DNA from: an uncultured bacterium
GTDB lineage: Bacteria; CAYJRR01
Length of the DNA stretch: 40,035 bases
Assembly: GCA_964372275.1 (NCBI GenBank)
Contig: CAYJRR010000025.1
Location: 1-40,035 of the forward strand
Reading direction: 5' to 3'
Below, one piece after another: positions 35,994-40,035 of the stretch. A program made the position numbers and the translations under genes. The notes under the pieces are model-generated. The model saw nothing but the letters and a program-made list of their open reading frames with translations, was not told where the DNA came from and searched no databases. The stretch's first letter is position 1, and each line of letters starts with the position of its first letter.

Positions 35994-37439
35994 ATGCAGA
36001 TCAGACGGTGGACGGGACTGGGGGCGGCGCTGCTGCTCGCCGGATGCAGCGGCGGGGACGAGAAGGCGGGCGGACACGACGAGGTCGCGCCGCCGGAGAC
36101 CTACACCTTCGAGAGCCGCTTCGAGGAGGGCACGAGCGGCGTGAAGTACACCGGGCAGATCTTCCGCCACGTCCTGATCGAGGACGTGAAGGCCTACATC
36201 GGGGGGTTGACGGCCTCGATCGACGACGCCTCGTTCACCCCTTCCGCCGGCGACGTCGTCGACGGACTCGCCTACTACTACGAATTCGACATCGCCACCT
36301 CGGCCGACGGCGAGCCGTCGATCAGCACCACCCCGGCGCGCCGGCAGACCCAGTACGACGACCTCTCCGCCAGCGGCGCCAAACTCAAGGAGAAGATCGC
36401 CGGCAACGACCCCGAGGGGCAGCACAAGGATTGGACCGTCGCCGGCACGCTGGTCGGGGTCACCACCATCGGCTCCAACGGCGGGCAGACCTTCACCCCC
36501 GATTCGCTCGTCGCCGCCTGGTTCGAAAAGCTCGACGACCTGGCGGTCGACTGGGCCAACGGCATCAAGGGGACGACCCCGACGGGCGCCACCCTGACCA
36601 AGGTGCACGTTACGCCGCAGGGGCAGGACCTGCAGCAGTTGATCCAGAAGTTCCTGGTCGGGGCGATCGCCTTCTCCCAGGGGACCGACGACTACCTCGA
36701 CGACACCATCGACGGGAAAGGGCTGCTCTCGGACAACGAGGCGCAGGACGGCGAGAACCCCTACACCGCCCTCGAGCACGCATGGGACGAGGGGTTCGGC
36801 TACTTCGGCGCGTCCCGCGACTACGGGCTGCGCACCGACGAGGCGATCGCGACCACCCCCTACTTCGATACCGACCAGGACGGGTCGATCGACCTCCTCT
36901 CCGAGTACAGCTTCGGCCACTCGGTGAACGCGTCGAAGCGCGACAACGGCTCGGCGGAGAGCGCGCCGACCGACTTCAGCGGCGAAGCGTTCCAGGCGTT
37001 CCTCACCGGGCGGGCGATCATCACCGCCGCCGGCGGAGCGCTGACCGAGCACGAGATGGAGCACCTCGTCGAACAGCGGGACATCGCCGTGGCCGCCTGG
37101 GAGAAGGCGATCGGCGCGTCGATCGTGCACTACGTCAACCAGGTGCTGGTCGACATGGGGACGATCGGGACGGGCGACTACGACTTCTACGACCATGCCA
37201 AGCACTGGTCGGAGATGAAGGGGTTCTCGCTGGCGCTGCAGTTCAACCCGCGGTCGCCGGTGACCGACGCGCAGTTCGCCGACTTGCAGGACCTGCTCGG
37301 CCAGGCGCCCGTCCTGACGGGAACCACCGAGCTCGACGCCTACCGGGACGATCTGAACGCCGCGAAGGACCTCCTCCAGTCGGCCTACGGCTTCGACGAT
37401 GCCAACATGGGCGACGCGGACGGATTGGCCGGCTGGTGA
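35994..37439 (+). CDS. DUF4856-like iron-regulated lipoprotein
   Basis: RBS GAGGAG; lipobox LLAGC; TYTFESR, YTGQ-R, QLIQKFL-GA, YTALEHAWDEGFGYFG, HAKHWSEMKGF-LQF. Confidence 0.8.
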   Translation: MQIRRWTGLGAALLLAGCSGGDEKAGGHDEVAPPETYTFESRFEEGTSGVKYTGQIFRHVLIEDVKAYIGGLTASIDDASFTPSAGDVVDGLAYYYEFDIATSADGEPSISTTPARRQTQYDDLSASGAKLKEKIAGNDPEGQHKDWTVAGTLVGVTTIGSNGGQTFTPDSLVAAWFEKLDDLAVDWANGIKGTTPTGATLTKVHVTPQGQDLQQLIQKFLVGAIAFSQGTDDYLDDTIDGKGLLSDNEAQDGENPYTALEHAWDEGFGYFGASRDYGLRTDEAIATTPYFDTDQDGSIDLLSEYSFGHSVNASKRDNGSAESAPTDFSGEAFQAFLTGRAIITAAGGALTEHEMEHLVEQRDIAVAAWEKAIGASIVHYVNQVLVDMGTIGTGDYDFYDHAKHWSEMKGFSLALQFNPRSPVTDAQFADLQDLLGQAPVLTGTTELDAYRDDLNAAKDLLQSAYGFDDANMGDADGLAGW

Positions 37440-37484
37440 GCCCGCACGCGCCCCGGCTGGGCCGCCGGCGTGGGGGACGAAAAG

Positions 37485-37511
37485 GGGGCGGCGCGACCGA
37501 CGCGCCGCCCC
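37485..37511. other. Strong intergenic GC hairpin (mRNA-stabilising or partial terminator)
   Basis: GGGGCGGCGCG-ACCGA-CGCGCCGCCCC, preceded by an A-tract, with no U-tract on the plus strand. Confidence 0.6.
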
Positions 37512-37533
37512 GTCCCTCTCGAGGAGACGACCG

Positions 37534-38751
37534 ATGAGAGCGATCCGAATCGCATTACCGACCGCCCTCGCGGCGGCCGTTCTCGGCGCCGCCGCGGCGT
37601 GCCAGCGAGGCTCCACCGGCGGCGGCGGCCCGACCGACGACTTCGACCGTCGCGCGATGCTCGCCCACCTCGGGGGGCAGGTGATCCTCCCCACCTATCG
37701 CGACTTCCGCGATGCCGCGGACCAGCTCGTCCTGGCCACCGCCTCCAACGGCGCGGCGGTGGGCACGGCTGGCGAAGCGGCGTCGCTGGAGACGGCACGG
37801 GCGGCCTGGCGCACGGTGATGGCGATCTGGCAGGAGGCCGAGCTGTTCCAGCTCGGCCCCGCTGGGCTCTCGTCGGCGACGACCGGCGGGCAGGGTCTCC
37901 GGGACGAGATCTACTCCTGGCCGACGGTGAACCCGTGCCGCATCGACCAGGAGATCGTCGATCGGCAGTACGACGACGAGGGGTTCTTCGACGGCGAGTT
38001 GGTCAACGTCTACGGGATCGACGCGATCGAATACCTGCTGTTCCACGACGGTCCGGACAACCAGTGCCCGTCGCAGGTGACGATCAACCAGAGCGGCGCC
38101 TGGGCCGCGCTGTCGGCGCAGGAACGGGCGCAGCGGCGCGCCGACTACGCGGCGGCGGCGGCGGTGCACCTGGCGGCGGACGCGAAGGCGCTCGTCGACG
38201 CCTGGGAACCGACCGCCGGCGACTTCCTCGGGACGCTGTCCACGGCGGGGGAGAGCGGCTCGCCGTTCGAAACCGCCCAGCAGGCGGTCGACGAGCTGTT
38301 CGCGGCGATGTTCTACCTGGACCTGACCACCAAGGACGTGAAGCTCGCGGTGCCGGCCGGGATCAGTCCCGACTGCGATGCGGTGACCTGTCCGGACGAC
38401 GTGGAATCGCCGTGGAGTGGCCATTCGAAGGAGAACATCACCGCCAACCTGCGCGCGTTCCGACGGCTGCTGGTGGGGGGCGAGACGCCGGAGGCGGGCA
38501 TCGGATTCGACGATTTCCTGGTCGAGCTCGGAGCCGAGGCGCTTTCGACCGCCATGATCGAGAAGACCGACGCCGCCCTGACGGCGGTCGCGTCGATCGC
38601 CGGCACGCTGGAGTCGTCGATCGCCGCCGATCCGACCGCCGCACGGGATGCGCACGCGGCGCTCAAGGCGGTCACCGACGAGCTGAAGAGCCAGTTCGTC
38701 GCCGTGCTGAACCTCCGCGTCCCCGACGAAGGGGCGGCCGACAATGACTGA
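37534..38751 (+). CDS. Imelysin-family (M75-like, iron-uptake) lipoprotein
   Basis: RBS GAGGAG; lipobox AAAC; ILPTY, ARAAW...WQ-ELFQLGP, IYSWP, GIDAIEYLLF, KDVKLAVP-G, ESPWS, C-terminal DND. Confidence 0.88.
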   Translation: MRAIRIALPTALAAAVLGAAAACQRGSTGGGGPTDDFDRRAMLAHLGGQVILPTYRDFRDAADQLVLATASNGAAVGTAGEAASLETARAAWRTVMAIWQEAELFQLGPAGLSSATTGGQGLRDEIYSWPTVNPCRIDQEIVDRQYDDEGFFDGELVNVYGIDAIEYLLFHDGPDNQCPSQVTINQSGAWAALSAQERAQRRADYAAAAAVHLAADAKALVDAWEPTAGDFLGTLSTAGESGSPFETAQQAVDELFAAMFYLDLTTKDVKLAVPAGISPDCDAVTCPDDVESPWSGHSKENITANLRAFRRLLVGGETPEAGIGFDDFLVELGAEALSTAMIEKTDAALTAVASIAGTLESSIAADPTAARDAHAALKAVTDELKSQFVAVLNLRVPDEGAADND

Positions 38752-40035
38752 CGCGCGGCGGCCGGCCGGCCGGGCGTTCGCGCCGGTCGACGCGGCATCG
38801 CTGGCGGCCTTCCGGATCCTGCTCGGTTCGGCGCTCTTCGTCGGCGCCCTTCGCTACGTGGCGAAGGGATGGATTCCGATCGTCTACGAGCGTCCGACCT
38901 TCTTCTTCAAGTATCCCGGTTTCGCGTGGGTCGAGCCGTGGCCGGGGATCGGGATGTACCTGCACTTCGCCGTCACCGCGCTCGCGGCGCTGGGGATCGC
39001 GCTCGGGTTCCGCTATCGCGCGAGCGTCGTCCTGTTCACCCTCTCGTTCGCCTACGCCGAGCTGATCGACGTCACCAACTACCTGAACCACTACTACCTG
39101 GTGATCCTCCTCGGCGGGCTGATGTCGATCCTGCCCTTGCACGCCGCGTGGTCCCTCGACGCGCGCCGCGATCCGTCGATCCGCCGCGACGCCCTCCCGG
39201 CCTGGATGCTGTGGCTGCTCCGCTTCCAGGTCGCGGTCGTCTACGTGCACGCGGGGCTGGCCAAGGCGGGATCGGACTGGCTCCTCCACGCCCAGCCGCT
39301 GTCGATCTGGCTGGCCGCCCGAAACGAGACGCCGGTCCTCGGACCGCTGTTCGACCACGCGTGGACCCCATATCTGATGAGCTGGGCCGGATTCCTGTTC
39401 GACACCACCATTGTCGGCTGGCTCCTCTGGCGACGCACACGGCCGTTCGCGTACGCGGCGGTGCTCGTCTTCCACCTCTTCACCCACGTGCTGTTCGAGA
39501 TCGGAATGTTCCCGGTGATCATGCCGATCGCCGCGACGCTCTTCTTCGACCCGTCGTGGCCGCGCGCGCTGGGCCGCCGCCTCCGCACCGCCTTCGCGCC
39601 ATGCGGTACCGATCCGTTCCGATCGGAATCGGTACCGGAATCCGATCCGATCGGACCGGTATCGGTATCCGTTTCCGATCCGCGCTGGACCCTCCCCCGC
39701 CGCGCCGCCGCGACCCTTCTCCTCGCCTACTGCGCCTTCCAGGCCCTCTTCCCCCTCCGCCATCTCCTCTACCCCGGCGACGTGAACTGGAACGAGCAGG
39801 GGATGCGCTTCGCCTGGAAGGTGATGCTCCGGGAGAAGAGCGGCAGCATCACCTACCGCGTGCGCTCGCGCGAGACGGGGCGCGAGTGGCAGGTTTCGCC
39901 GCACGACTACCTCGACTGGCGCCAGGCGAACGAGATGGGCGGGCAGCCCGACCTGATCCTCCAGCTCGCGCGCCACATCGCCCGCGACTTCCGGGAGAAG
40001 GGACGTGGCGAGGTCGAGGTTCGCGCCGACGCCTG
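38744..40035 (+). CDS. HTTM-domain / vitamin K-dependent gamma-carboxylase-like membrane protein, 3'-truncated by window edge
   Basis: Absent from the ORF track (no stop codon); translated by hand: PVDAASLAAFRI, YLNHYYL, RFQVAVVYVHAGLAK-SDW, FH..T..LF-IGMFP, WNEQGMRFAWKVMLREK, QPDLILQLARHI. Confidence 0.92.
   Translation, partial: MTDARRPAGRAFAPVDAASLAAFRILLGSALFVGALRYVAKGWIPIVYERPTFFFKYPGFAWVEPWPGIGMYLHFAVTALAALGIALGFRYRASVVLFTLSFAYAELIDVTNYLNHYYLVILLGGLMSILPLHAAWSLDARRDPSIRRDALPAWMLWLLRFQVAVVYVHAGLAKAGSDWLLHAQPLSIWLAARNETPVLGPLFDHAWTPYLMSWAGFLFDTTIVGWLLWRRTRPFAYAAVLVFHLFTHVLFEIGMFPVIMPIAATLFFDPSWPRALGRRLRTAFAPCGTDPFRSESVPESDPIGPVSVSVSDPRWTLPRRAAATLLLAYCAFQALFPLRHLLYPGDVNWNEQGMRFAWKVMLREKSGSITYRVRSRETGREWQVSPHDYLDWRQANEMGGQPDLILQLARHIARDFREKGRGEVEVRADA

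Overview
A very GC-rich bacterial window, probably from a Myxococcota/Deltaproteobacteria-like metagenome assembly (it has PEGA-domain kinases, an MshEN protein, a MYXO-CTERM-like sorting signal and two N-gaps). It is densely coding with about 29 real genes; most other ORFs in the track are GC-driven shadow frames. In order: end of an oligopeptide ABC ATPase; PilC/GspF-like, ChaN-like and MshEN proteins; DAHP synthase; an outer-membrane protein, ECF sigma, zinc anti-sigma and an S41/PDZ protein that appears catalytically dead; a minus-strand operon NagZ-MoxR-DUF58-transglutaminase followed by two TPR-thioredoxin lipoproteins (one CxxC, one SxxS); an orphan grpE; a FecR/DUF6600-like protein; a small foreign-looking ORF followed by a ~125 bp palindromic element; a surface protein with an internal MYXO-CTERM-like signal followed in frame by a second lipoprotein signal (possible polyprotein); a kinase, PEGA barrel, ICMT/LmtA-like methyltransferase and two GT-C glycosyltransferase-like genes; an FG-GAP lipoprotein; and an operon behind a perfect Fur-type box (DUF4856-like, imelysin, HTTM/gamma-carboxylase-like). 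No rRNA, tRNA, CRISPR array or transposase was seen. All family assignments come from recognising motifs by eye, not from database searches.
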